A stretch of 64,000 nucleotides of DNA from Longimicrobiales bacterium (GCA_965248195.1 CBDFIQ010000002.1:384001-448000); one strand, 5' to 3'. Shown: positions 1 to 10,554, numbered from the stretch's first letter. Numbers and translations: made by a program. Notes: generated from the letters alone by a model not told the origin.

Positions 1-3000
1 AACCTCCAGCGCCTGCCGGACCTCAGGGGGTTCGCTTACCCGTACCCGGACCCGTCCCCGGCTCCCGGAGCCTATGCGGGGAAGCGCCTCGTCCCTGAAC
101 GCGTCCCGAAACGTGTCCACCTCCCAGGGGAAGTCCAGGTTCTGCTGGAAGATGGTATCGCCGACACCGAACCCGGTCGCGTAGGTCGCTACCGAAGCCT
201 CCGCTTCGGGGAAACGCTCTTCTATGATTTCCCGCACGAACCGGTCGAATCCCTCGGGCATCTGTTCGGCGGAGATCTCCAGGGCGATGGACTCGACCGG
301 GGGACTCGTAACAGCGGTCGTGGCCACTGCCGGGGGGCCGTCCGCCGGGGGGCCGTCCCCCGGGGGACCCTCCGCCGCGGACGCATCCAACCGGTCCAGC
401 CACGTCCGGAGCTTATGGGTTGCAAGGCTGAGCTGGCCTGCTGCACCCCGTCCCTGAAAGAATCGCCGGACCTCGTTTTCGACATCCTCGAGCCTGTACT
501 CACCCTTGCCATGCTCCCAGAGGTAGGGGAGTCGCCGCGCAACGTAGTCGGAGACCGCGCCGAGTCCTGCTGCGTCCGATCCGGAGATGACAAGGGTGTG
601 CTCGTCTCCAAACGCCTCGGGGACCATCTCGACGAAACCCTCGGTCGGCCCTCCGCCCTCCGTCTCGCCGCCCTCGGTCTCGCCGCCCTCCGTCGGCCCG
701 CCGCCCGCTGTATGCAGCCGGCCTTCATCCCGAAGCCTCTCGGTTTGGTAATGGCCGACTCCGTACAGAATCGGGAACCCCAGCGTCTCGGGGTAGTCGT
801 CCTGGCCCGCCGTCCGGACCAGGGGAAGCCGGATCCCCGCCGATTCCAACCCGATGCGCGCCGCAAGATCGACCGGCCCCGAAGGCGCGTCGGCGCCGTG
901 GAGGGAGATGTAGGCATCCACCCGGTCGGCTACGAGGTCCTCGTTCGTGTCGCTGAAGAGACCCTGGATCGTATAGAGGCCGGAGAGGGTGAAGTCGGAC
1001 ACCTCAGGCGCAGAATACGCGGCCCCGGGCACGGTTTCGCTCACCTCGTCGGGGAGCAGGCGAATCGTCCGAGCCGCCTCGGGTCCCGATACACGAATAT
1101 CGATCCGATGGAGGTCGGCGAAATTGAGGTCGCTCCGGGCGAGGCGGTCCTGATCATCACCGCCGCTCTGAGGCGCGGGGTCGGGTGGGGAATCGGGCGG
1201 GGCGTCCGTCGGAGCGTCCGCCGCGTCCGAGACCGAATCCGGCGGCTCGAGCGCCGCCTGCGCTCGGGCGAAGGACGCGCTGTCGGGGACGCTGACGGTG
1301 GCGACGAGACGGCTCACGCCGAGCCGAGTCGCGTCTACCACGATCCGGTCGAGGGTGAGCCGATCGACCTCAACGTCCTGTTGTTCCAAAAAGGAGGAGA
1401 TCCGGTCGGCCACATCACTGAAGCTGTCGCCCTCGAGTCCCCAGACGCTGGGGTAACGGCCGGAGGCGTAATCGGCGGCCGCGATCAGTCCCGTGGCGTC
1501 GTATCCGGTGATGTGGATGCCACCCCGAGTGAAGCGCTCGTTCTCCGGCACGAAGGAAATCGCTCCCTGGCCGGGTGCCAGGCCCGCCGTGCGGTCGCCC
1601 GGCGCCTCATCAAGGCCGCCGGCGCCCTCGCCGATCAGGATGACCGGAACGTCGAAGCGGCTCGAGCTCGAAGCATCCGTCTCGGTCAACCCCAGGTTCA
1701 TCGCCGATGTCTCGTAACCCAGACGGGCTGCCAGGTTGGCCGCTGCCGTCACATGGGCTTCCCCTGGTGTGGCCGGAAGGACGATGCGGGCGTTCACGAA
1801 GTCCACGACCTGGTCACTGTTCCGATCCTCGAGTATATAGCCCGTCGCGAAGACGTCTCGGATGTCGCTGGGTGGGACCACGGAGTCCGGCGCGTTTTGC
1901 GCGGACGCACCGGAGCGTTGCCGGCGCAGTTCGTCCATCTCAATGGCTGCCCACAGCGCCATGGCGCCACCGCGGTCGTCGGGGCCGAAAATCGCCGTCC
2001 GATCGAGGTAATACTGCTTCGTTTCCCCGGCCCCCGTCGAGGTGGAGGCGTCGACCACGGCACCGTCCTCCGCGATACGTGCCGCGATGCCAAGCCAGGC
2101 CCGCTCGATTGCCGGCTCGTAAGCGTCCTCGAGCCAACCGAGCCGCACACCACGGGCCAGAGCCACGAGTGTCATGGACGTTACGGTCAGCTCTCGATAG
2201 CTGCCGGGCTCGTCCACGACCTGGTGCCACATGCCTGCGGGCCCCTGATGACCGATGAGTGCCTCGGCATGCCGACGGTAGATGTCGAGAACACGAGCGC
2301 GCTCGGCCCAATCGTCCGGAAGAAACGTCAGGGCCTCCGTCAGGCCGAGGATGGCGAATCCGTTCCCGCGGCCCCACGGGTGTGGCCCGCTCGTAGAGTG
2401 GACGAACAGGCCGTCCGGCCGTTGGAGGGTCTCTGCATAGGTTGTCAGGAGACGACCTATGATGGCTCCGTATCGGGCGTCCCCGGTACGGGCTCCGAGC
2501 CGCGACAGGAGGCTGCTTACCATGAACATGTCGTCGGTCCAGCCGGTCGGGGATCGAAGGATGGCGTCGGGCGCTTGCGGACCGTCGGGGAACGGAGGGA
2601 ACATGAACTCGGCGCCGGCGATGGCGACGGCCAGCGCTTCGTCGCTCTGCCCAGGCTCCGAGAAGTCCAGGAAAGCGAAGAGACCGGCCAGGCTGGTGAG
2701 CCGGTACGGCTCGGTCACCGCCGGTGTCTCGCCAGCTAGAAACGGGGCCATCTGGTCTCGGACCTGCTCGACCAGCGCGCCATCGCCGAGTCGAGCCGCC
2801 AGACGCAGCGTATTCGACCACGCCACTGCGGAGATGTAACTCATGGCCGGCGAGGCCGGGTGGTGGTTGGCCAGGATCTTGGCGATCTCGACCGGCGTTC
2901 GGCTGATTCTCGCGAGGATCGCGTCGTGTAACGGCGACCGGCGAAGTGATGCCGCAGCGTCGAGCAGTGATCGTAACATTTGGGGCGCGTCAACCACGCT

Positions 3001-3675
3001 TGTCGAGGCGCGAACCGCGGCGACCGGACCCAGTCCAGAGGGTGCACCCACCGACACCGCCGCGGCGAGCGTTCCGTCCGGGGGAGGGGGACCGTCGAGG
3101 GGAAGGGCAATCGCACTCCCCGAGATCTCCCAGGAGAGGGTCTGGCCCGATCGAACCTCCAAGACGAGGTCGGGTGATTGAAACGCCACCCAGCGCCACA
3201 AGTACCGTGATTCGGGGGCGGTCTCGTGGTTGTAGAAGCCGCCCTCCGGAGGAAAATTCGGCGTGTTCACCAGCGCACGAGCCCTGGCTGTGGACCCGGT
3301 CAGACATTGCTCGGGGTAGGCACACGGCACCGCAGTGATGGACCAGGCGCGTCGGACCTCCGCCGGGGCCTCTGTCTTGAACCACCGGAGCGCCTCGAGC
3401 ACTGCCCGCGCGCTCTCGGCCTTTCCGTCGAGTCCTCCCACGATCACAAGACGCTTTGCCGGATCCGGGATCCCACCGGTTGGCTCGAGAGTGAGGATGC
3501 GTTGGCCGGCCGGCGTCAAACCGGCCGCCGAGACGGTCGACGGAGCTCCCGGTAATGCGGCGACCCCTTCGACGGCGCCAAGCAGTGGGTCGCCTGTGGT
3601 CTGACCAGAGACCGCTTGCGCCGACATGAGCATCAAAGCGGCGGCAACCCCGAATCGTGCCAGGTTCTTTCTCAT
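1..3675 (-). CDS. Large secreted multidomain protein (>1225 aa, 3' end outside window): signal peptide, M14/deacylase-like N-domain, GH88/GH105 unsaturated glycoside hydrolase domain, and a further large domain with acidic/Pro linkers
   Basis: Hand translation of sampled segments from ATG 3675 (MRKNLARFGVAAALMLMSAQAVSGQ) stays in one frame down to base 1. GH105-like motifs WTDDMFM, WGRGNGF and GMWHQVVDEPGSYRELT lie at about 2550-2180. Probably absent from the ORF track because it has no stop in the window; ORF 415..2739(+) is its antisense shadow. Confidence 0.85.
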   Translation of the reverse strand, partial: MRKNLARFGVAAALMLMSAQAVSGQTTGDPLLGAVEGVAALPGAPSTVSAAGLTPAGQRILTLEPTGGIPDPAKRLVIVGGLDGKAESARAVLEALRWFKTEAPAEVRRAWSITAVPCAYPEQCLTGSTARARALVNTPNFPPEGGFYNHETAPESRYLWRWVAFQSPDLVLEVRSGQTLSWEISGSAIALPLDGPPPPDGTLAAAVSVGAPSGLGPVAAVRASTSVVDAPQMLRSLLDAAASLRRSPLHDAILARISRTPVEIAKILANHHPASPAMSYISAVAWSNTLRLAARLGDGALVEQVRDQMAPFLAGETPAVTEPYRLTSLAGLFAFLDFSEPGQSDEALAVAIAGAEFMFPPFPDGPQAPDAILRSPTGWTDDMFMVSSLLSRLGARTGDARYGAIIGRLLTTYAETLQRPDGLFVHSTSGPHPWGRGNGFAILGLTEALTFLPDDWAERARVLDIYRRHAEALIGHQGPAGMWHQVVDEPGSYRELTVTSMTLVALARGVRLGWLEDAYEPAIERAWLGIAARIAEDGAVVDASTSTGAGETKQYYLDRTAIFGPDDRGGAMALWAAIEMDELRRQRSGASAQNAPDSVVPPSDIRDVFATGYILEDRNSDQVVDFVNARIVLPATPGEAHVTAAANLAARLGYETSAMNLGLTETDASSSSRFDVPVILIGEGAGGLDEAPGDRTAGLAPGQGAISFVPENERFTRGGIHITGYDATGLIAAADYASGRYPSVWGLEGDSFSDVADRISSFLEQQDVEVDRLTLDRIVVDATRLGVSRLVATVSVPDSASFARAQAALEPPDSVSDAADAPTDAPPDSPPDPAPQSGGDDQDRLARSDLNFADLHRIDIRVSGPEAARTIRLLPDEVSETVPGAAYSAPEVSDFTLSGLYTIQGLFSDTNEDLVADRVDAYISLHGADAPSGPVDLAARIGLESAGIRLPLVRTAGQDDYPETLGFPILYGVGHYQTERLRDEGRLHTAGGGPTEGGETEGGETEGGGPTEGFVEMVPEAFGDEHTLVISGSDAAGLGAVSDYVARRLPYLWEHGKGEYRLEDVENEVRRFFQGRGAAGQLSLATHKLRTWLDRLDASAAEGPPGDGPPADGPPAVATTAVTSPPVESIALEISAEQMPEGFDRFVREIIEERFPEAEASVATYATGFGVGDTIFQQNLDFPWEVDTFRDAFRDEALPRIGSGSRGRVRVRVSEPPEVRQALEV

Positions 3676-3819
3676 CACTGCCCCCCGGTGGGAAGCCCCA
3701 CGGTACCACCGGTTTTGCGAGGTTGCCAGGGAGGGGAGAGGATCAGCAGAAGGGCGGCGCGGGCTTCGGCTTTAAGTCGAGCCCACGCCGCCCGCTGTGT
3801 AAGCGGATCGATCTGCGGT

Positions 3820-4368
3820 TCAACCGACGATCCAACCGATCAGAGCCGTCATTCGCGGCCCCCCTTCGGCCACACTCAACGCGAAGTTGATGGGTATGAA
3901 CAGGTCTCCGAAGGGAAGCGTCGCGCCAGCCGCAAAAAGCATCGACGACGTTGTTTCCCTCGAGTCCTTGCTATAGCTGAAGTTTGGGCCGACCCCGAAC
4001 TCGACGCCGTTGTCGAGCCGGTAGCCGGCGAGCCAACCGAGGGAGAGATTGAACTCGTCCTGCTCCATGCCGCCGACCAGGAGCACCCACTCCATGAGCG
4101 CCTGACTCCCATTCGGCGTGGCGATCAGCTGCGTCTCCCACTGCCATCCGAATTGGGTCATGATGGGCTCCAGGTCGGCCTGGTCCCTCTTGTCCGCCAC
4201 GTCTCCGGTGAAGACGGTAAAGCCGAAGCGAGGACCGTTCAGGTGCCGGCGGGGGACCTCCCGCGCCATTTGCGTCTCCGGTGTCGTGGGGCCTTGGGTC
4301 TGTGCCGAGGCCGCGTCGGTACTCAGGGCCAACGCGACGAACATTAAGGTGAAAATCATGCGTGACAT
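3820..4368 (-). CDS. Exported hypothetical protein, possible small outer-membrane beta-strand protein
   Basis: Signal peptide ending ASA-Q, GGAGG RBS, amphipathic beta-strand pattern. Confidence 0.7.
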   Translation of the reverse strand: MSRMIFTLMFVALALSTDAASAQTQGPTTPETQMAREVPRRHLNGPRFGFTVFTGDVADKRDQADLEPIMTQFGWQWETQLIATPNGSQALMEWVLLVGGMEQDEFNLSLGWLAGYRLDNGVEFGVGPNFSYSKDSRETTSSMLFAAGATLPFGDLFIPINFALSVAEGGPRMTALIGWIVG

Positions 4369-4516
4369 CGTTCTTCCTCCTTGCGGGGGGTCCGTGTGAA
4401 ATGGTTACGGACGAACAATGCCGCTTGGGCCCGACGATACCGATACGTCAAGCTACGTAGGCGTCAGCCGGGGATTACGTAGTGCATTACGTAGGTGGAG
4501 AGGCTCCGGGCGGGTC

Positions 4517-6361
4517 CTAAAACAACTCCGAAGGATCCGGCTCGTGCGCGTCCGCCTGGTCGTAACGGTTGGGGATGAACTCCCCCGTGATCATGTCCTT
4601 GTAGGAAAGGCCGGGGCCCACCATGGGATAGACGTGGGCTTGGGGGTCGATGATGACCTCGAGGAAGGCCGGGCCGTCGAAGCTCAGGAATTCCTCCAGA
4701 ACGGTGGGCACGTCCTCCTTGCGGTCGAGACGCTTCGCGTACTGGAAGCCGTCGGCCTCAGCCGTCTTCACAAAATTCTTCTTCCTGAGCGACTTGTCGC
4801 TCGCTGAGAGGCGGCCCTTGAAGAAGAGCCGCTGCCACTGCATGACCATCCCGTCACCGAAGTTGTTCAGCACGATGATCTTGATCGGCAGGTCGTAGGT
4901 GGTGACGGTCTCGAACTCACCGAGGTTCATACGGATGCTCGCGTCGCCATCCACGTCGATGACCAGTTTGTCCGGGCGAGCGAATTGCGCTCCGATGGCG
5001 GCCGGCAGACCAAATCCCATCGTCCCCATGCTCCCGGAGGTAAGCCAAAGGCGGGGCTCCCGGAAGTCGGAGTACTGCGCGGCCCACATCTGGTGCTGGC
5101 CGACTCCAGTCGAGATGATCGCCTCGCCTTTTGTGATGCGGTTCATCGTCTCGATCACGTAGTGGGGCTGGATGAGTTCGCTCTCCCGGTCGTAATTCAG
5201 AGCGTACGTGGTCTTGAGCTCCTCGACTTCAGCATGCCAAGTCGAATAATCCGCGTTGAAATCGGTCCGGCGCCCGTACTGCGTCAGGCCATCGAGGGCG
5301 TTATTGAGAATGCCAACGTAGTGCCAGTCGGCTCGCTTGACCTTATGGATCTCTGCGGCGTCGATGTCGAAGTGGAGGACGCGGCGCGCCTTGGGCGCGA
5401 AATTGGGCGGATCACCCGCGACGCGATCATCGAAGCGCGCGCCGACGGCGATGAGTAGGTCACAGTCCTCCACGGCGTAATTCGCGAATGCCGTACCGTG
5501 CATTCCCAACATGTGAAGGCACAACGGATCCTTGGTATCGAGGCCCCCCAGTCCCATGAGCGTCGTGACGCCGGGAATGCCGAACGTTTGCGAAAACGCC
5601 CGTAGCGCCTCCGCGGCGTTGCCGTTGATCACCCCCCCGCCGGCGTAGATCAGCGGGCGTTGGCACTCGGCCAGCATGGAGAAGGCATTTGCACATTGGT
5701 CGTCGCCCAGCGTGTTTGACTCGACCGCTCTGAGCCGGTGGCGATAACCGGGAATGGGTAGAGCCCCCTCACCCTCGAACGGCCCCTCCCAATTCTGCAC
5801 GTCCTTCGGAATGTCAACCACGACCGGCCCGGGCCTCCCGGTCCGGGCGATCTCGAAGGCGGTGCGGACGGTGGACTCGAGACTCTCGGGGTCCGTGACC
5901 AGAAAAACGTGTTTGGCCACCGAACCCATGACCGCAGTGACGGGCGCCTCCTGGAACGCGTCCGTGCCAATGGCTGCCCGCGGTACCTGCCCGCAGATCA
6001 CCACGATCGGCACGGAGTCGGCCATGCAGTCCCGCACCGGCGTCACGCAGTTGGTGGCTCCCGGGCCGGAGGTGACAATCGCGACTCCAACCCCGCCGCT
6101 GGCGCGTGCGTACCCGGCCGCCATGAATCCGGCGCCCTGCTCATTGGCCGGGACGATGAGCGGCATCGGCTCCCTTCCGTCCTCGGTATGGGCCTCGTTG
6201 TATCGGAACACGGCGTCGTACGTCGGTAGAATCGCTCCCCCGCTGTACCCGAAGATCGTCCGCACGCCCTCGTCCGCGAGCACCTGTATGATGATCTCGG
6301 CGCCGCTCATGATCGTGCCCGCCCGGGCGTGTGCCGGCTTCGCTTTAGTTTCCACTTCCAT
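4517..6361 (-). CDS. ilvB: Acetolactate synthase large subunit
   Basis: EQGAGFMAAGYAR, TSGPGATN, GTDAFQE, SGSMGTMGFGLPAAIG, GDAS..MN TPP motif. Confidence 0.95.
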   Translation of the reverse strand: MEVETKAKPAHARAGTIMSGAEIIIQVLADEGVRTIFGYSGGAILPTYDAVFRYNEAHTEDGREPMPLIVPANEQGAGFMAAGYARASGGVGVAIVTSGPGATNCVTPVRDCMADSVPIVVICGQVPRAAIGTDAFQEAPVTAVMGSVAKHVFLVTDPESLESTVRTAFEIARTGRPGPVVVDIPKDVQNWEGPFEGEGALPIPGYRHRLRAVESNTLGDDQCANAFSMLAECQRPLIYAGGGVINGNAAEALRAFSQTFGIPGVTTLMGLGGLDTKDPLCLHMLGMHGTAFANYAVEDCDLLIAVGARFDDRVAGDPPNFAPKARRVLHFDIDAAEIHKVKRADWHYVGILNNALDGLTQYGRRTDFNADYSTWHAEVEELKTTYALNYDRESELIQPHYVIETMNRITKGEAIISTGVGQHQMWAAQYSDFREPRLWLTSGSMGTMGFGLPAAIGAQFARPDKLVIDVDGDASIRMNLGEFETVTTYDLPIKIIVLNNFGDGMVMQWQRLFFKGRLSASDKSLRKKNFVKTAEADGFQYAKRLDRKEDVPTVLEEFLSFDGPAFLEVIIDPQAHVYPMVGPGLSYKDMITGEFIPNRYDQADAHEPDPSELF

Positions 6362-6526
6362 CTTTGATTCTTGACATCCGGAGGTTTACCTGGTCGCCTC
6401 AGGAAGGTGGATAACGGGCCGCGTATTGCAAGAGGGGCCGTTCGCAGCGAAAGTTGCCTGAGCCACGAAACACCCTTCGACTTTGTGCCCTGCGTCAGGA
6501 CACTAACTAGCCTTGGGCGTCATCAC

Positions 6527-7030
6527 ATGCGGCATATCATAACAGTCTTGTTGCAGAACGAGGCGGGGGCGCTCTCCCGCGTCACGAACCTGTTTTCGAC
6601 GAGGGGCTACAACATCGAGAGCCTCAACGTGGCACCCACCGAGGACGAGACGGTCTCGCGGCTCACGGTCGTCTCGACGGGCTCGGACGCCATCATCGAT
6701 CAGATCTCGAAACATCTCGGCAAGCTGGTGGACGTCGTCAAGATCGTGGACATGACCGGTACGGATCACATCGAGCGGGAGCTGGCTCTTTTCAAGCTGC
6801 GACTCCCGAAGGGGGGACCGGAGGAGAAGCAGCTCGCGAGCATTGTCGAGGCGTTCGGAGGCCATGTGCTGGATGACTCCGGTGGACACTTCACGGTCGA
6901 GTTGATCAGCGGAGGGTCGGAGATCGACCGCTTCTTGGTGCAGGTAGCGGAGATTGCCGAGATGGAGACGTTGGCACGCAGTGGTGCCATGGCCGTTACC
7001 AAGGGGGCTCCGATTTCTACGACGGGCTGA
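6527..7030 (+). CDS. ilvN: Acetolactate synthase small (regulatory, ACT) subunit
   Basis: MRHIITVLLQNEAGALSRV..FSTRGYNIESLNV; KLVDVVKI; start moved to ATG 6527. Confidence 0.93.
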   Translation: MRHIITVLLQNEAGALSRVTNLFSTRGYNIESLNVAPTEDETVSRLTVVSTGSDAIIDQISKHLGKLVDVVKIVDMTGTDHIERELALFKLRLPKGGPEEKQLASIVEAFGGHVLDDSGGHFTVELISGGSEIDRFLVQVAEIAEMETLARSGAMAVTKGAPISTTG

Positions 7031-7075
7031 GAGAGGGGCAAACCCTAAACGGCCCCGGCGGTCTCACGCCTTCCA

Positions 7076-9946
7076 CTATAGCGCCCTTATCGCCTCGACC
7101 GGATCGATCCGTGTGGCCCGGAGCGCGGGGATGAGGCTCGCGATCAGCGCGGCGATAAGCAGCAGCGTCAGGGTACCAATGTACGTGGCAGGATCTGAGG
7201 GCGTGACGCCGTAGAGCAGGCTTTCGAGAACACGCGTGGCCACCAGGGCCACTGCCCCTCCGATCATTATGCCGACAACCGTCAGGCCGAGCACCCGGGC
7301 AGCCACCGACCAGATCACGTTCTCCGGTTGGGCTCCCAGCGCGATTCTGATGCCGAGTTCACGGGTCCGACGCGTCACCGCAACGTGGGTGACTCCATAG
7401 ACGCCGACCAGCGTGAGTAGGAGCGCCATCATGGAGAATGAAGCGAGTACGAGCATGAAGAACCATAGCTCGTCGAACGCCTCCCCGTAGAACGTTTGCT
7501 GCGCGGATTCGATCGAGAGTGTAAAGCTAGGATCGATACTCCGAATTGCTTCTCGGATCGCGCCCGCGACGCTGAGGGGGTCACGTGTCGCCGTCCGGAT
7601 GCTGACAAAGGCCCAGCGGTTCGGGTACGTGTCTGGCGTCCCGAGAAACCAGATCCTGGAGATGTCCTCTCCAAACAACCAGGCACTCATGTAGCGCGAT
7701 TCGGGCATAACTCCGACGATGGTTACTGGGTCTCTCCAGCCAAACTCCAGGACGGCGCCGATCGGATCCTCTCCGCCAAAATATTGCCCGACTAGGTTCT
7801 CGTCGACGAGAGCCTCGGTGGCCTCGCCGGGAGGACGCCACGCGTCCGGTGCGGTGCCCCGGAGGAGGGCCGTTCCTGTCGTGCCTACGTAGTCTCCACG
7901 CATGTACAGGGTGTAGGTGCGCGGCACCTCTGGCGCTCGCCTCGGCTGACGATCCTCAGGCCACCCACGGACGGTGAAATTCGTTCGATCGTCCCACGCC
8001 AAAACCATAGCCGACTCGACCTCTGGCATCCGCTCGAAGGTCGCCATCAGTTCTTCGAAAAACAGCTCCCTCTCGGGCAGCGCCTTCAAACCTCGTCCGG
8101 TACTGCCGTCCTGCCATGTGATCGCCGACTGTTCGAAGTACTTGGCCATCGGTAGCCGGAACCTGACGCTAAGCATCTGACCGAGATCCACACCGCTATC
8201 GATCCGCGCTATGCGAACCATTGTATTCGCCATTAAGCCGCTGCCCACCAGGAGTACGACGGCGAGAGCGATCTGCCCCACGATGAACGCGTCTTGAAAC
8301 CAACGATCCCTCCGGTCGCGCAGGACCAGTGAGCCTCCCTTGAGCGCCTGCCCCACCTCCGTCTGCGATGCCAGGATGGCCGGCGCCAGTCCGAAAAGAG
8401 CGACGGTTACCAACGAGACGCCGACGGAGAAGGCGAGTGCCATCCAGTCGAGTGAGAGTTGCTCGAAAGGCCTGCTCGGCTCAGCCGTCAATCCGCTAAA
8501 CTGGAGCACAAGCCTCTCACTGATCATCGGTGCGACCACCTCCAGTCCCCAATGAGCGAACAGAAGTCCGAGGCCACCCCCGAGGGCACCGAGGACCGTC
8601 ACTTCGGCCACCACCTGCCGGAACAGTCGGCTCTTCGATGCGCCCATCGCCGCTCGAACGGAAAATTCCCCCCGTCGTGCTGCCGAGCGAGCCAAGAGGA
8701 GCGTCGCCACGTTCGAGCAGGCGATGAGAAGGATGAGCGCTGCCGTGGCGAGGGGAAGCAGCACAGGTATGCTGTAGGACTCCCGGAGATCGTCACGGAG
8801 GCTTTTGAGCACGACGCGTTGGGCGGCGTTTGCCTGGTCATAAAATGTGGGGTCTTCGTCTTGCTGTTGAAAATGTGGGTACTCCCGGTTGTTGCGGTGC
8901 TGGATAGCAGTCATTTCTTGGTCTGCGCGCTCGACGGTCACTCCGGGCGCCAACCGAGCAATCACCAATAACCCGTGATATTCTCTATTGGTCGGTCCGA
9001 TGATACTTCTGGCACTCTGCCAACTTCCGACGTTCAGGAAGACATCGATTTCTTTGCCATTCGCTGTCCACGATGGTGATCTCAGAAGGTTCGCATTTTC
9101 GGGAAGGACCCCGATCACGGTGTGGTTCAGATCATTCAGCCGAACCGAAGTGCCCAGCACGCCGGGATCTCCACCGAATTGGCGCTGCCAGAATCCGTGG
9201 CCCAATATCGCCACCGGCTGTGCCCCAGGCTCGTCGTCCTCGGGTACGAAGATGCGGCCGATCGACGCATCGGCGCCCAAGAGTGGCAGGAAGGAAGCCG
9301 ACAGAGATTGAACGTTCAACTCCGCCGTGCTCGTTGCGGTTCTGAAATCGCGGGTACTCGTGGTGGTGACCGCCATCCCGTCGAAAAGCTGTTCCTGGCT
9401 CCGCCAGTCCAGATACTCGGCAGCGGCCAGGCCACAGCAGATCTGCTCACCGCTAAGCACCGGATTGCCCTCGTATATGGTGACGAGTCGATCGGAGTCG
9501 GGGTACGGGAGCGGGCGAAGCATCACGGCGTTGGCCGCCGTGAAGAACGTCGTCGCCGCTCCAATGCCGAACGCCAAGGAAGCGATCGCCGCCACACTCA
9601 CGACCGGGTTCGCCCGAAGCAAGCGGACGCCGTACCGCAGATCGGCCAGCACGCCGTCCAAGAACGGTGGCCTCAGAGGCGGCCGCCCGGGACTCGCGTC
9701 CCTCTGTTGCTTCAGATGACCGAGCTTCACGACCGTTCCCATGCGCTCTCGGACACCGCTCCAGGTCGTGTCGAACATCAGCCAGGCCAGGAACCCCACC
9801 CGCGCGAGGAGTGGTCCGGACCCCCGCTCCTCCCATTGGGCCGTGAACACGTCCCGCATGGCGCGCCCGTGGCGCGCCCTGAACTCAGGCGGAAAGCTGC
9901 GCAGCGACCAGCGGAACATCCGCTCGGCTAATCGCATGTCCCTCAT
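7076..9946 (-). CDS. ADOP-type duplicated MacB/FtsX permease
   Basis: DLRYGVRLL..P, LRPLPYPDSDRLV, LLIACSNVA.LLLAR, RRTRELGIRIALGA, RATRIDPVEAIR. Confidence 0.92.
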   Translation of the reverse strand: MRDMRLAERMFRWSLRSFPPEFRARHGRAMRDVFTAQWEERGSGPLLARVGFLAWLMFDTTWSGVRERMGTVVKLGHLKQQRDASPGRPPLRPPFLDGVLADLRYGVRLLRANPVVSVAAIASLAFGIGAATTFFTAANAVMLRPLPYPDSDRLVTIYEGNPVLSGEQICCGLAAAEYLDWRSQEQLFDGMAVTTTSTRDFRTATSTAELNVQSLSASFLPLLGADASIGRIFVPEDDEPGAQPVAILGHGFWQRQFGGDPGVLGTSVRLNDLNHTVIGVLPENANLLRSPSWTANGKEIDVFLNVGSWQSARSIIGPTNREYHGLLVIARLAPGVTVERADQEMTAIQHRNNREYPHFQQQDEDPTFYDQANAAQRVVLKSLRDDLRESYSIPVLLPLATAALILLIACSNVATLLLARSAARRGEFSVRAAMGASKSRLFRQVVAEVTVLGALGGGLGLLFAHWGLEVVAPMISERLVLQFSGLTAEPSRPFEQLSLDWMALAFSVGVSLVTVALFGLAPAILASQTEVGQALKGGSLVLRDRRDRWFQDAFIVGQIALAVVLLVGSGLMANTMVRIARIDSGVDLGQMLSVRFRLPMAKYFEQSAITWQDGSTGRGLKALPERELFFEELMATFERMPEVESAMVLAWDDRTNFTVRGWPEDRQPRRAPEVPRTYTLYMRGDYVGTTGTALLRGTAPDAWRPPGEATEALVDENLVGQYFGGEDPIGAVLEFGWRDPVTIVGVMPESRYMSAWLFGEDISRIWFLGTPDTYPNRWAFVSIRTATRDPLSVAGAIREAIRSIDPSFTLSIESAQQTFYGEAFDELWFFMLVLASFSMMALLLTLVGVYGVTHVAVTRRTRELGIRIALGAQPENVIWSVAARVLGLTVVGIMIGGAVALVATRVLESLLYGVTPSDPATYIGTLTLLLIAALIASLIPALRATRIDPVEAIRAL

Positions 9947-10281
9947 GATACGTTCTCTCCGCCCAGGATCCCGAGCCGGACGCCTGAGTCGAGCAGACCA
10001 CGCATATCCTCGAGCGTTCCGCGCAGCGCTTCTCGTCCCGTTTGCGTGAGCCGGTATTCTCTTCGCCGGTCATCATCGGAATCGCTGGCGCTGATCTCTT
10101 CGATGTAGGCGCGGTCGAGGAGCTGGTGCAGGGCCCGGTAGAGTGAGCCGGGCTTCAGGGCGACCCGGCCGCCGGTCCGCACCTCGATCTCCTTGCTGAT
10201 GGCGTAGCCGTGGAGAGGCCCTTCGGCCACGACGAGGAGAATCTGTACGTGGCGCTGCGTTAGCTTGCGAGACATCGGCAT
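9943..10281 (-). CDS. PadR family transcriptional regulator
   Basis: PLHGYAI..PGSLYRAL..RRREYRLT; overlaps the permease start by 4 nt. Confidence 0.92.
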   Translation of the reverse strand: MPMSRKLTQRHVQILLVVAEGPLHGYAISKEIEVRTGGRVALKPGSLYRALHQLLDRAYIEEISASDSDDDRRREYRLTQTGREALRGTLEDMRGLLDSGVRLGILGGENVS

Positions 10282-10402
10282 CTCCCGGCGCTACACTAGA
10301 CACGACTCGTGTATACACATATCGTGCATGCTGATGCTTCGCAAGGATCTGGTGGCGGTGGGCCTCCGGCTGGTCTGGCCCCATGCTCGGCGAAAACCTC
10401 CC

Positions 10403-10455
10403 CCGCCTTGCCGCCGTTGACTTCCTGATCTTAGGCCGTGGCCCGTGGGGTCATG
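10403..10455. repeat. 53-bp dispersed repeat, copy 1 (copy 2 at 13851-13903)
   Basis: 44/53 identical by manual alignment; both copies lie upstream of a padR gene. Confidence 0.8.
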
Positions 10456-10554
10456 ATCTCCGTGGGATCATGATCTCCGTGGCTCTTGCTGGTCCCGCGG
10501 GGTCTCACGGGATGGCTCGATCCCAGCGTGCGTCTCGGCACTGACCGCCTGTGC

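Noticed and set aside
415..2739. 774-aa plus-strand ORF
   Set aside because: Codon-aligned antisense shadow of the real minus-strand gene; no recognisable motifs.
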